Below are positions 13,081 through 22,653 of a DNA stretch of 62,670 bases, in pieces. Each line of letters starts with the position of its first letter. The stretch's first letter is position 1. The translations under genes and the position numbers were made by a program. Origin of the DNA: Candidatus Micrarchaeota archaeon (GTDB lineage Archaea; Micrarchaeota; Micrarchaeia; Micrarchaeales; CABMGC01); the NCBI GenBank assembly GCA_028866835.1, contig JAGWHJ010000003.1, forward strand, positions 1 through 62,670, given 5' to 3'. The notes below the pieces were generated by a model. It was not told the DNA's origin, did no database searches, and saw nothing but the letters and a program-made list of their open reading frames with translations.

Positions 13081-13141
13081 ACGTTCTCTGGAAATAGAAA
13101 GCGTATCAATCAGGTAAATTACACCTTCATTTTGTGATATA

Positions 13142-13825
13142 ATGACCCAAAGGCAGATTGAGGTTCCCAGAAAACAGATAATAGTTCCAACAGGCGAGCG
13201 GATGGGCTATCTTGCTGCAAGGGAAGCGGTAAGAGATAACGGCGGTCTTCCTTCAAACGTTCTGCATGATGATACATTGGTTTATTCTGACGCTTGGAAG
13301 GCATTGAGAAGAATTGGGTACTATGCAGCATGGGCAAGAGAGGTCTTGGTATATCCTTCCACATATGGCAAATTCAGAAAAGGAAAGGATGCGGTTGACG
13401 CGTTTAGGGACCGTAGCGGAAGAGAGTGGATATTCCCAGCATCTTCAATACCCCAAGAGGCATTAGAAAGGGCAAAGGTTGGATTGTTCGTCGACCCACA
13501 GCATATCGAAGTTGGCGATAAAAGAGTGGTAGTGGAGTCGGAGCCTCAATTGGTTGTTGTCTTAAGTCTGTTCAGGCAGAATCAAGGCCAAAGAGGCAAA
13601 GTTGATGAAAGGACAAGAGTGCCCTTAGAGGTTCCGCACGACGCTGCTTATTATGGCCTTCCTGAGGATCAAGTTAGATGGCTCTGGAGGACTGGCGGCG
13701 TAGGTGTCCGTCCTCTGGCTCGCGAGGGCTTGCCCAACAGACAGGTAGTCGGTGCAGCCTGGGGTCAGGATAGCCGTCTCGGGGTAGCTAGCGTTCAACT
13801 GGCTGGCATTAAACGTAGTGATTGA
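13142..13825 (+). CDS. Hypothetical protein; paralogue of 37992-38687; possible C-type-lectin-like fold
   Basis: 227 aa. Shares GGLPSN, WxREVLVxP, VDAFRDxxGRxWxFPASxIPxEA and GxGVRPxAR with the 37992 ORF. Confidence 0.75.
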   Translation: MTQRQIEVPRKQIIVPTGERMGYLAAREAVRDNGGLPSNVLHDDTLVYSDAWKALRRIGYYAAWAREVLVYPSTYGKFRKGKDAVDAFRDRSGREWIFPASSIPQEALERAKVGLFVDPQHIEVGDKRVVVESEPQLVVVLSLFRQNQGQRGKVDERTRVPLEVPHDAAYYGLPEDQVRWLWRTGGVGVRPLAREGLPNRQVVGAAWGQDSRLGVASVQLAGIKRSD

Positions 13826-13948
13826 AGGACATTCGCAGCGACCTTAATTCATAATCTAAAAGATTTTTAGCTAGCTTGCCTGCCTCGAGAGCACAAAAAG
13901 GTTAATATAACTATAGGAGGAATAGTAATAGCTAATTTCGGTGTTCAT

Positions 13949-14290
13949 ATGAAAATAAGCGACTTAAAGGCAGGCGCCAGCAACGTAGACGTTGAGGCGA
14001 CAGTAGTGGAGAAACAAGACGCAAGGGAGGTCATCACGAAGTATGGAAAGAGGCTTAACGTGGCTAACGCCACACTGAAGGACGATTCCGGAACAATCGC
14101 AATATCCCTCTGGGGCAAGGACATAGAGGCAATAAACGTGGGGGACAAGGTAAAGATCTCCAACGGCTATGTCGGCGAGTTCAGGGGCACTCCCCAGCTC
14201 TCAACCGGCAAGTACGGCAAGATAGAGGTTGTGGGCAAGGGAGAAGTCGAGGCCCCAAGCGACGCGCCAAGCGAAGAGTACCCAGAATAA
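13949..14290 (+). CDS. ssb: Single-OB-fold single-stranded DNA-binding protein with acidic tail
   Basis: MKISDLK, LKDDSGTIAISLWG, VGDKVKISNGYVGEFRGTPQLSTGKYG. Confidence 0.9.
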   Translation: MKISDLKAGASNVDVEATVVEKQDAREVITKYGKRLNVANATLKDDSGTIAISLWGKDIEAINVGDKVKISNGYVGEFRGTPQLSTGKYGKIEVVGKGEVEAPSDAPSEEYPE

Positions 14291-14298
14291 TACCTATC

Positions 14299-15549
14299 CT
14301 AGTCAAAGTCTAGGCTTATCACATCCCCAACATTCGGTGCGTAGCCCTGTATTCCCTCTTCATTAAGGAATTCCATTAGCGCCGCTGCGTTCTCTGGGCT
14401 TCCGTGCACGCAGAATACCGTGCTTGCGCCGCTTGATTTTATGTACCTGTGCAGGTCGCTCTTCCCAGCGTGGGCCGAAAAATCATAGAATGATACGGGG
14501 GTCTTTATCAGTATCTTCTTCTTGTCTATCAAGAGTGGCTTGTTGGCAAGGAGCTTGTTGCCATTGGTTCCTTCAACCTGGTACCCGTTCAGGAATATCC
14601 TCGAGTTCCTGTTGAGTTTTGTGACATAGTCAAGGACGGGTCCGCCATTCAGCATGCCCGATGTCGTTACTATTATCGAGCCTGCATTGAGAGCGGCTCT
14701 TCTCTGCGAAGGGGTTTCAACCACTGTAGCCGCCTTTACTGCTTTGCCAAGCAGATGCCCGTTGGCCAGGAAGTCGCTGTGCATGAGCATAATCTCCGTC
14801 GCAGCCTTAGCCATGCCGTCAAGGTGCACCCTGTCAGCAAGCCCGCATTTGTATAGTATCGCAAGGAGTTCCTGCGCCCTTCCCACGGCAAAGACCGGCA
14901 TGAGCGCTATGCCCCCCGATTGCACGGTTTCCATGACCTCCGCTGAAAATCTTTTGATGAGGGACTGTCTGTCAGGATGCTCCGAACCGGCATACGTCGA
15001 TTCTATTATGAGCGCATCAGCCTTGACTATCTCCGCCGGCCTCTGGAGGAGCTGCTCGCCGAGCTTGAAGTCGCCAGTATAAGCTATGCGCCGGCCCATC
15101 CTGTTCTCAATCAATGTTATAGCGCTTCCAGAGATGTGCCCGGCATCGTGTAGCGTTACGCCGTAGTCATCAAGCTCAACACCGCTGCCATAGCTTCTCG
15201 GTATGTACCTGTCCATGAAGCTCCTGAACTGGTGCTTGAAGAAGAGGGGCTTCTCGTGCTTCTGCCTGTTGAGCTTAAGCGAATCCTCTATCAAGAGCTC
15301 CGCCAGCTTGAGAGTGGGCGGCGTGCCCACTGTCGGGGGGAAGCTGTTTTCGTATATCGCCGGCACGTAACCGCTATGGTCAAGGTGGGCGTGGCTAAGC
15401 ACGCACAGGTCCACCTTTCCGCTTGGCAGCGGCCTTTCAGAGACTGCCTCTATCTTCAGCCCGTAATCGAGGAGTATGCTCCTGCTCCCTTTCAGCAAGA
15501 ATCCCGACCGGCCGACCTCATTCGCACCTCCCAGGAACTTAATCTCCAA
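14299..15549 (-). CDS. Metallo-beta-lactamase/beta-CASP ribonuclease without KH domains (aCPSF2-like)
   Basis: FLGGANEVGRS, SHAHLDHSG, AGHISGSA, YTGDF, ESTY, FAVGRAQE, FSAHAG, VHG. Confidence 0.9.
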   Translation of the reverse strand: MEIKFLGGANEVGRSGFLLKGSRSILLDYGLKIEAVSERPLPSGKVDLCVLSHAHLDHSGYVPAIYENSFPPTVGTPPTLKLAELLIEDSLKLNRQKHEKPLFFKHQFRSFMDRYIPRSYGSGVELDDYGVTLHDAGHISGSAITLIENRMGRRIAYTGDFKLGEQLLQRPAEIVKADALIIESTYAGSEHPDRQSLIKRFSAEVMETVQSGGIALMPVFAVGRAQELLAILYKCGLADRVHLDGMAKAATEIMLMHSDFLANGHLLGKAVKAATVVETPSQRRAALNAGSIIVTTSGMLNGGPVLDYVTKLNRNSRIFLNGYQVEGTNGNKLLANKPLLIDKKKILIKTPVSFYDFSAHAGKSDLHRYIKSSGASTVFCVHGSPENAAALMEFLNEEGIQGYAPNVGDVISLDFD

Positions 15550-15640
15550 AGAATCACTATATTTCTACAAGAAGCAGCAACATAGCCTTATTAGTGAAGA
15601 ACGTTTTTATTTATTGTTATTCAAAAACATATAGGAGACC

Positions 15641-16348
15641 ATGGCAGACGAACCGACCTTCCTTGATTTAGTGTGCATAATGCAGATAGGGCAGGATACT
15701 ACCCTTGAGAAGTTTGGGTCTACGATAAATGCCAGCATCTTCGATGCTTCGAACATCGCAGGCACATTGAAGCACAAGGCACTCATAGATTTCACATCCT
15801 ATTTTCCTGGACCCAACATCATAGTGGTATCGGATGCCGGCAAACTGGTGCTAAACGAGGCTCAGGCAAAGGCAACCGAGCCTTTCGACCCCCTCGACGA
15901 GACCATACTCTGGCAGCTCTCCGGGGGCAAGCGCATCCCTAGCGAGCTACAGGCTGCTCTCAACCTAAATCCGAAGGACCTCGCGCTGCACCTCTACAAG
16001 GTAAACAGCCAGGGCTTCATCTCTTATGATCTAAAGAGCGGCAACGTGGAGCTGCTGCTTACCGAAAAGGGGTTCATAAAAGCACAGGAGAAGAGGCGCC
16101 TCTCCGCGCAGATGCCGCCCACTGCAGGCGGCACGCAGCCACCGGCAGCTCCGGCCCCAAAACTCCAAGCGCCATCTTCAATGCCACAGCCGCAGACTGC
16201 GGCGCAGCCGCCCCCACAGGATACACCAGGCCAAGCCGCGATGCCGCAGCAGCCCAAGGCTGCCAGCAGAATTCCAATGATGGCCGCCGCAGCGATCCTA
16301 CTTGTCATCGTCATAGTCGTGCTCGCATATATGCTCAAAATAGTGTAG
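15641..16348 (+). CDS. Hypothetical tail-anchored protein: tandem wHTH-like domains, Pro/Gln linker, C-terminal TM helix
   Basis: Two repeats ending VSDAG and LTEKG, a P/Q/A-rich linker and a hydrophobic C-terminus. Confidence 0.7.
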   Translation: MADEPTFLDLVCIMQIGQDTTLEKFGSTINASIFDASNIAGTLKHKALIDFTSYFPGPNIIVVSDAGKLVLNEAQAKATEPFDPLDETILWQLSGGKRIPSELQAALNLNPKDLALHLYKVNSQGFISYDLKSGNVELLLTEKGFIKAQEKRRLSAQMPPTAGGTQPPAAPAPKLQAPSSMPQPQTAAQPPPQDTPGQAAMPQQPKAASRIPMMAAAAILLVIVIVVLAYMLKIV

Positions 16349-16352
16349 GAAA

Positions 16353-16973
16353 ATGGCGCTACTTGATTATATAGAAGCACAAAAATTGCTATTGAAATAC
16401 AGCATAAAAAGCGCCCCTGCAAAGTATGTCTCGACCCCTGGTGACGCTATCTCCTTCGCCAATGGCCGGAGGATAGCCCTCAAAGGCATATCAAACAAGG
16501 CGCTCCACAAGTCTAAGGCCGGACTGGTGCGCCTTGACCTAGTGTCCGACACCGAGATATCAAAGGCGTTTTCCGAAATAAAAGCAATCGCTTCAAAGTT
16601 TGCACCATACAAGATACTCGCGCAGCAGATGTCTACCGGAGGCGTCGAGATAATAATCGGCGGGCGCATAGACCCGCAGTTCGGCAAGCTTATACTCATA
16701 GGGCTTGGAGGCATATATGTCGAGGCTTTCAAGGACTTCTCCTTAAGAACATGCCCGATAACAAGATTCGATGCGGAGGAGATGCTCGCCGAATTGCGCT
16801 CTGGCGATGTGATCACCTACAAGGGGAAAAACAGGAGCGGCATGATCAACCTGCTGATGAAGACCTCAAAGATGCTCAATGACAACGACTGGATACAGGA
16901 ACTTGACCTGAATCCCGTAATAGTGAAGCCTGAAAGCTACGACGTTGTTGATATAAGGGTGCTTGGTGATTGA
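16353..16973 (+). CDS. acdB: ADP-forming acetate/acyl-CoA ligase beta subunit (ATP-grasp)
   Basis: HKSKAGLV, GVEIIIGGRIDPQFG, GLGGIYVE, ELDLNP. Confidence 0.9.
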   Translation: MALLDYIEAQKLLLKYSIKSAPAKYVSTPGDAISFANGRRIALKGISNKALHKSKAGLVRLDLVSDTEISKAFSEIKAIASKFAPYKILAQQMSTGGVEIIIGGRIDPQFGKLILIGLGGIYVEAFKDFSLRTCPITRFDAEEMLAELRSGDVITYKGKNRSGMINLLMKTSKMLNDNDWIQELDLNPVIVKPESYDVVDIRVLGD

Positions 16974-18372
16974 AATGACCGGCCTAGACCTAAAGCCGAT
17001 GCTCAAACCACGGTCGGTTGCCATAATAGGAGCATCCAGGGATCCAGACAAGGTAGGCCACGTAATACTCCAGAACTATATCAACGCAGGCTATTCCGGC
17101 AAGATCTACGTCGTCAATAACAAGGCAGACGAGATCATGGGCATAAAAGCTTACAGGAACATAAGGGATATAAAAGCCGGAATCGACCTGGCAGTCATAG
17201 CAATACCCGCCGAGTTCGTGCCTGACGCCCTGGAAGACTGCGGCAAGGCCGGCGTCAAGACTACAATAGTTGTAAGCGGAGGATTTGCCGAGATAGGGAA
17301 AAACGATCTCCAGGAGCGGCTTGTGCAGGTCGCAAGGAAGTACAACATGCCCACATTGGGGCCCAACTGCCTCGGCGTCATGGACCCAAGGTCGCGCATA
17401 GACACTCTTTTCCTTCCAACCTACAAGCTGAGCAGGCCCAGCGTGGGAGGAGTAAGCTTCGTATCGCAGAGCGGCGCCGTAGGCAGCACCATATTGGATC
17501 TCATCTCAAGCGAGGGCTTCGGTCTCTCCAAATTCATATCTTACGGCAACGCCGCGCACATAGATGAGATAGACGTCCTCGATTACCTCATGCACGACGA
17601 TGAGACAAAGGTCGTGATAATGTACATAGAGGGCATAAGGCGGGGACGCGAGTTCCTGGAAGCGGCGAAACGCATATCAAGGGTCAAGCCTGTCATCGTG
17701 CTCAAGGGAGGAAAGACGGCAGTCGGAATGGCCGCCGCACGCTCCCACACCGCAGCACTTGCTGGAGATGCGCAGGCCTACGAAGCGGTCTTCAGGCAGG
17801 CAGGTTTCATAATAGCGGATGACATAAGCGAACTGCTGTACTACGCAAAGATCATGGAATCCGAGGTTCCACCTGCAGGAAACAGGGTGGCCATAATAAC
17901 CAACGGCGGCGGCGCAGGCGTGCTGGCAACCGACGCCGTAGGCATGTCGGGCAAACTGAAGCTTGCTGAGTTGAGCAAGAAGACAATCGGTAGCCTTGCA
18001 AAGATAATGCCGAGCCTTGTCAATGTAAGGAATCCGCTCGATGTCGCAGGAGATGCCGATGAGAAGAGATACGGTAGTGCGCTGTCGCTGCTCATGCAGG
18101 ACGGCGGCGTAGACATGTTCCTTGTCATAGCCCTGTTTCAGACCCCCGGCGCGGATTCGAAACTCGCCGCACGCCTTGTAGACTTGAAGCAGAAGATGGA
18201 GAAGCCATTGGTGGTGGTGAGCATAGGCGCTGAGTACACTAAGATGCACCGCATCATAATGGAGAGCGGCGGCGTTCCGGTGTACGATTCCCCGGTGGAT
18301 GCGGTCAAGTCATTGGCAGCTTTGTACTCCTACTATACCTTAAGGAAGGCAAGGTCAAAATCGAATGTCTGA
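16963..18372 (+). CDS. acdA: ADP-forming acetate/acyl-CoA ligase alpha subunit
   Basis: PRSVAIIGAS, LGPNCLG, SQSGA, SHTAALAG (phospho-His), TNGGGAG, NPLD. Confidence 0.93.
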   Translation: MVIEMTGLDLKPMLKPRSVAIIGASRDPDKVGHVILQNYINAGYSGKIYVVNNKADEIMGIKAYRNIRDIKAGIDLAVIAIPAEFVPDALEDCGKAGVKTTIVVSGGFAEIGKNDLQERLVQVARKYNMPTLGPNCLGVMDPRSRIDTLFLPTYKLSRPSVGGVSFVSQSGAVGSTILDLISSEGFGLSKFISYGNAAHIDEIDVLDYLMHDDETKVVIMYIEGIRRGREFLEAAKRISRVKPVIVLKGGKTAVGMAAARSHTAALAGDAQAYEAVFRQAGFIIADDISELLYYAKIMESEVPPAGNRVAIITNGGGAGVLATDAVGMSGKLKLAELSKKTIGSLAKIMPSLVNVRNPLDVAGDADEKRYGSALSLLMQDGGVDMFLVIALFQTPGADSKLAARLVDLKQKMEKPLVVVSIGAEYTKMHRIIMESGGVPVYDSPVDAVKSLAALYSYYTLRKARSKSNV

Positions 18373-19224
18373 TCATGGCTGGGAATAGCCGTTCAGCCAG
18401 TTTGACATGAAAGTCACACCGACAGGATTACCATTGTTGCCGTTCCCTGAGTAGTCATTCTCATCCCCGTTCAAGGGCCACCATCCCACTATATGGAGCG
18501 TATCTATCGGAGCCGCGCCTATGCCCTTCTGATAAAGCGCTGTTACCTGCCCCTGGGATAGTGAGGTGTTGTAGATCTGCACGTTGGCTATGTCCCCTGG
18601 GAAGTAAGCACCCTGATAGCTGAACTGCCCCACATTGAACGAGGTGGCGGACTCCAGCGTGCCGCCAAACGAAATGTTGAACTGCGAAACGCCGTCTATG
18701 AACAGGCCAAATCTATGATTTGCCTGGTTCGCCCATCCTACCACGTGGTACCACTGGCCGCTGCTAATGCAGGAGCCTGCGTCATGGGCTTGCCACGATG
18801 TCGTTGTAACCCCGACCTGCACAAAACAATTGCCGTTGGGAAAGAAGGACAGCGTGCCGTATCTCGTTGCAGAGGCCGCAGATACTATTCCTGCATTGTT
18901 GCCTGGGATGCTATTGAGGTATATCCATGCCGATATTGTCACGTTGTTTCCACTGGGCCAAACAAGAGGCAGGCTTATATAACTTGCCCGTCCGTCAAGC
19001 TGAGCAACGAATTTCGGCAGCACGTTAGAGCACTGGCCTTCTAGGTTCGAGCCCTGCGTGTTCCTGACAACCTGGCACGCTCCCGCCGTTGCCCTCGGAC
19101 CAAACGCATTGTTATTGAAGATCCCCAGCGAGTAAAGGGCTATCATCACAACCGCTATGATTAGTATCGCCCAGCCGTAGGTCATCAGGTATTCCATTGC
19201 GCTTTGAAGCTTGATACCAAGCAT
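18373..19224 (-). CDS. Class III signal peptide (pilin-like) protein with LamG/concanavalin-like domain
   Basis: KLQSAMEYLMTYGWAILIIAVV N-terminus. LamG motifs TISAWIY, WYHVVG, FPGDIANVQIYNTSLS, VGWWPLNG. Confidence 0.85.
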   Translation of the reverse strand: MLGIKLQSAMEYLMTYGWAILIIAVVMIALYSLGIFNNNAFGPRATAGACQVVRNTQGSNLEGQCSNVLPKFVAQLDGRASYISLPLVWPSGNNVTISAWIYLNSIPGNNAGIVSAASATRYGTLSFFPNGNCFVQVGVTTTSWQAHDAGSCISSGQWYHVVGWANQANHRFGLFIDGVSQFNISFGGTLESATSFNVGQFSYQGAYFPGDIANVQIYNTSLSQGQVTALYQKGIGAAPIDTLHIVGWWPLNGDENDYSGNGNNGNPVGVTFMSNWLNGYSQP

Positions 19225-19257
19225 ACAGATTACACTTCCAGATAGGATGGCAAAATA

Positions 19258-20463
19258 CTAAAATGTCTTTGCCGTCAGCCTCTCAAGGGCCGCGGCAACT
19301 GCCTTGTCCTTGCTCCCATCCGCGCTGAGCAACTCAAAAAGCTCCGAGATATCCATGCCCAGATCCCCTTTCTTGTCCCTGAACTTCTCCAGGAGCACGC
19401 CCATGCCGAAGTCCCTTATAGAAGCGCCGTCAAGCATCTTACTCTTCGCCTCGGCTATGCCGAGCCCGACTATGCCATTGTCGGCTCCGTTCTTGGTTAT
19501 CTCGATGATTGCGCTGCCCTTGTAGCGCTTGGCGAGCTGCCGCAACTCTATGTCCATGGTGTTAGCTCCAGAAAGCGGTGTGCCATCAAGCTGTATCCTT
19601 ATTATCGGCAGCTCGTAGTTCCTTGAAATGGCTTCTATCTCCTCACCCAGCACCGATATGGCGTGATCTGCATGCATCCCTGAGATATCGAATTTCATGT
19701 ACTTGAACGGCCGTGAATTTATCGGAACGAATTCATACGACTTCCTTTCAGTGTCAAACAAGAAGAACCCCTTGCTCGCCTGCTCCCCCTCCTTCAGCTG
19801 CGTGAGCACTGTGCTGCCCGGTATCAGGAAAGGCCTGCCGTGCACCTCCGTCTCTACTGAGCTGTGTATGTGCCCGTTAACGTAAAGGTCGAAGCCGTCC
19901 GGGAGCTCATCGATGCGCACAAAGGCATCGTTAAACGGAAGCAGGTCGTAGATCGATTCATGGAACATGAACACATTGAACATGCCCTCAACGGGCTTCG
20001 GCGCACGCCTGACCAGCGCATCCCTGAACATCGTGTCCTCTATGCCTCCCATGCCGCACACGGCGACGCGCTCGCCTTCCTTCTCTATTACTGCAGATCC
20101 GTCGCTTATATCAACAAGCATCCCCGCGAGGTTCATAAGGCCGATAGGGTTCTCCACCCCCTCCGCCCTGCGTTCGTGGGTCCCGGCCACCGCGACTATC
20201 GGCAATGATGTGTAGTTCCCCCTTGCCGCATCGCAGCTTACGACCTTCGCGCTCCAGTCTTTCGACCTGAGCTCCCTGAAAATGTTTATCGCCTGGGCAA
20301 GAGCCTCTGGCTCCGGTGTTCTTGTATCAAAGACGTCGCCTGGGATCAGAAGAGCATCGGCAGCTGTCGACGCCTTCGTCACGGCTTCCCTCGCCTGCCT
20401 GTAGGCGTCTTCCTGAAACCGCCCATAACCCAGATGGAAGTCGGATAGTATCGCAAGCCTCAT
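19258..20463 (-). CDS. mre11: DNA double-strand break repair nuclease Mre11
   Basis: SDFHLG, PGDVFD, GTHE, MFHE, GHIH, PGS motifs plus capping domain. Confidence 0.88.
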   Translation of the reverse strand: MRLAILSDFHLGYGRFQEDAYRQAREAVTKASTAADALLIPGDVFDTRTPEPEALAQAINIFRELRSKDWSAKVVSCDAARGNYTSLPIVAVAGTHERRAEGVENPIGLMNLAGMLVDISDGSAVIEKEGERVAVCGMGGIEDTMFRDALVRRAPKPVEGMFNVFMFHESIYDLLPFNDAFVRIDELPDGFDLYVNGHIHSSVETEVHGRPFLIPGSTVLTQLKEGEQASKGFFLFDTERKSYEFVPINSRPFKYMKFDISGMHADHAISVLGEEIEAISRNYELPIIRIQLDGTPLSGANTMDIELRQLAKRYKGSAIIEITKNGADNGIVGLGIAEAKSKMLDGASIRDFGMGVLLEKFRDKKGDLGMDISELFELLSADGSKDKAVAAALERLTAKTF

Positions 20464-20467
20464 GCAA

Positions 20468-21673
20468 TCAGCCGTTTGCCTCCTTGGCCATCCCAGTCTC
20501 TATCGTATTCTTTATCTTCTCTGGAGGATAGGCCAGCTTTATCAGCTTCGTATGCCCGCGTATGCCCTTGCCGGATTCATAGGTTGTTATTATGCCCTGC
20601 ATGTCAAGGTCTGTTATGTACTTCCTGTACCATCTCGCGCTCTTCGGCTCCTTCTGCATCGACTGGGCTATGTTCTCGTACTTGCTGTATACGTCGCCGC
20701 TGAATATGTAGTTCTCCCCGTCGTTGCTCAGCCTCTTGTACTTCGTGCCCTGTATGGAGAGCAGCGCGACCGCATAGACTATGAGCTTCTGGTGCTCCGG
20801 CAGCGTGTTTATCAGCTCGTAGGCTATCTCCTCCTCGGCGACCTTTGCCGCCTCGCCGACCTCCTGCACCGTCACCTTCTTCCCGCCATTCTCATCAGCG
20901 ATCTCCCCGGCCTTGGATATGATCTTGAGCGCAAGCCTCGCGTCGCCGCTGTCCTTCGCAGCTATCGCTGCTGCGAGGTTCACCGCAGCAGGATCTACAA
21001 CCCCGTTCTTGAAGCCACCGGCAACCCTGTCCTGTATTATAGTTGCGAGCTCGTTCGAGTTGTACGAAGGGAAGATAAGCTCGTTCTCGTATAGCGTCGA
21101 CAAGCTTCTTGGGTCAAGCGAATCCTTGAACGAGACCCTGTTGGAAATCCCCACAATCGTTATGCCGCCTGCCTTGATGTCGCTGTTCGCCCTTGTCAGC
21201 GTGTATATCAGGTCATCCAGGTCCTTCACAACATCGATCTCGTCAAGAACCACGACCAGTACCTTGCCGTCCTCATCTACCCAGTTTATTATCCTCTCAT
21301 ATATGTCCACGATCCCGTACCCGCGCTTCGCGTAAAGCGGCAGGTAGTCGCTCACTATCTTGTAGAGCACCCTGTACCTGGAGTTGTATATCCTGCAGTT
21401 GATGTATGATATGCGGGCCTTCGTGACCGGTAGGCTCCTGAGCTTCTCCACTATCAGCTTCATGCACGATGTCTTCCCAGTGCCCGTCTTCCCGTATATG
21501 AAAAGGTTCCTGCCGCGCTCTCCCCTCAGCGACGGGGTCATGTACTTGACTATCTCGTTGATCTGCTTGTCCCTGAAGAGAAGGTTGTGCGGTATGTAGT
21601 GCGGGGAGAGCATCTCTCTGTTCGAAAAGATCTCAGATTCCTTGAAAAGGTCCTTAAAAGGTTCGTTCGACAA
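20468..21673 (-). CDS. cdc6: Orc1/Cdc6 replication initiator
   Basis: YGKTGTGKT, VLDEID, GDARLAL and a C-terminal wH domain. Confidence 0.95.
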   Translation of the reverse strand: MSNEPFKDLFKESEIFSNREMLSPHYIPHNLLFRDKQINEIVKYMTPSLRGERGRNLFIYGKTGTGKTSCMKLIVEKLRSLPVTKARISYINCRIYNSRYRVLYKIVSDYLPLYAKRGYGIVDIYERIINWVDEDGKVLVVVLDEIDVVKDLDDLIYTLTRANSDIKAGGITIVGISNRVSFKDSLDPRSLSTLYENELIFPSYNSNELATIIQDRVAGGFKNGVVDPAAVNLAAAIAAKDSGDARLALKIISKAGEIADENGGKKVTVQEVGEAAKVAEEEIAYELINTLPEHQKLIVYAVALLSIQGTKYKRLSNDGENYIFSGDVYSKYENIAQSMQKEPKSARWYRKYITDLDMQGIITTYESGKGIRGHTKLIKLAYPPEKIKNTIETGMAKEANG

Positions 21674-21686
21674 GAAGCCACCCCAA

Positions 21687-22487
21687 TCAAGTATTGACCA
21701 ACTTGCTTATTATACCATTAAATTCCTTCATTATCTCTGGGTCTGAAAGCACCGGTATCTCGCCCCTGTCGCTCAATTCCCCGAACTTCTTGTTCTCCTT
21801 CACGACCCCAAGGACCTCGCACTTCAGGGTGTCGGCGACGTCCTGCGCCCCTTTCGGTTTTCCATCCGACATCGTCTCCACAACCCCCAGAAGCGCCACG
21901 CCGAGCCTCTTCGCCATGACCCCCGACCTAATAGTATTGACCGAGGCTATGCGCTGAGGCGTTGTGACAAGCACGAAGCCGTCCAGCTCGAGCAGTTGTA
22001 TTATGGAGAGTGGGCTGTCGCTTGTGCCGGGCGGCATGTCAAGTATAAGGTAATCCAGTTCGCCCCACTCCGAATTCTCGAAGAACTCCCTGACCATCTT
22101 GCCTATCATCGGCCCCCTCCACACTATCGGGGTCCGGGTGTCGTCTACGAACATGGCCGTAGAGAGGACCTCAACGCCCTCCTTGACAACCGGCTTCAAA
22201 GGGTAATTGCTTTCGAATATGTCTTTTATTCCAAGGAACATGGTGACATTCGGGCAGTCTATGTCGGCATCAAGCAGGCCGACCTTGTAGCCCATCGAAC
22301 TCAGCGCATAAGCGATGTTTACCGACACTGTTGTCTTGCCAACGCCCCCCTTCGCGCTGTATATCCCTATCTTGTGCTTTATCTTTGAGAGCCTCTCCTT
22401 TATGTTCTTCCTTTGCTCTATGACCCCAAGTATTGATGGATGGGCTGACTTTACCTTGTATGCTCCTATGTCAACATCTCCATCCAT
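21687..22487 (-). CDS. Mrp/NBP35-family ATPase lacking the C-terminal CxxC
   Basis: SAKGGVGKT, DADIDCPNV, WRGPM, WGELDYLILDMPPGTSD, VTTPQ. Start 22487 preferred. Confidence 0.9.
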   Translation of the reverse strand: MDGDVDIGAYKVKSAHPSILGVIEQRKNIKERLSKIKHKIGIYSAKGGVGKTTVSVNIAYALSSMGYKVGLLDADIDCPNVTMFLGIKDIFESNYPLKPVVKEGVEVLSTAMFVDDTRTPIVWRGPMIGKMVREFFENSEWGELDYLILDMPPGTSDSPLSIIQLLELDGFVLVTTPQRIASVNTIRSGVMAKRLGVALLGVVETMSDGKPKGAQDVADTLKCEVLGVVKENKKFGELSDRGEIPVLSDPEIMKEFNGIISKLVNT

Positions 22488-22653
22488 AGAAATCACATAA
22501 TAATCTCTAAGCTTAAGCATAATAACGTTAGTTCTATATATAGTTTACCGGGATTTCCCAAAAGAAACAGCAGCCCCAAAGCAAAAGTATATAATAACCA
22601 AAGCAATATCACTAATAGTACTAATTATTAGAACAATAATATAGGTGCAATAG

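Noticed and set aside
22500..22653. Replication origin near cdc6
   Set aside because: AT-rich, but only about 150 nt, with no recognisable repeated ORB motifs. It is explained by divergent mrp/psmA promoters.
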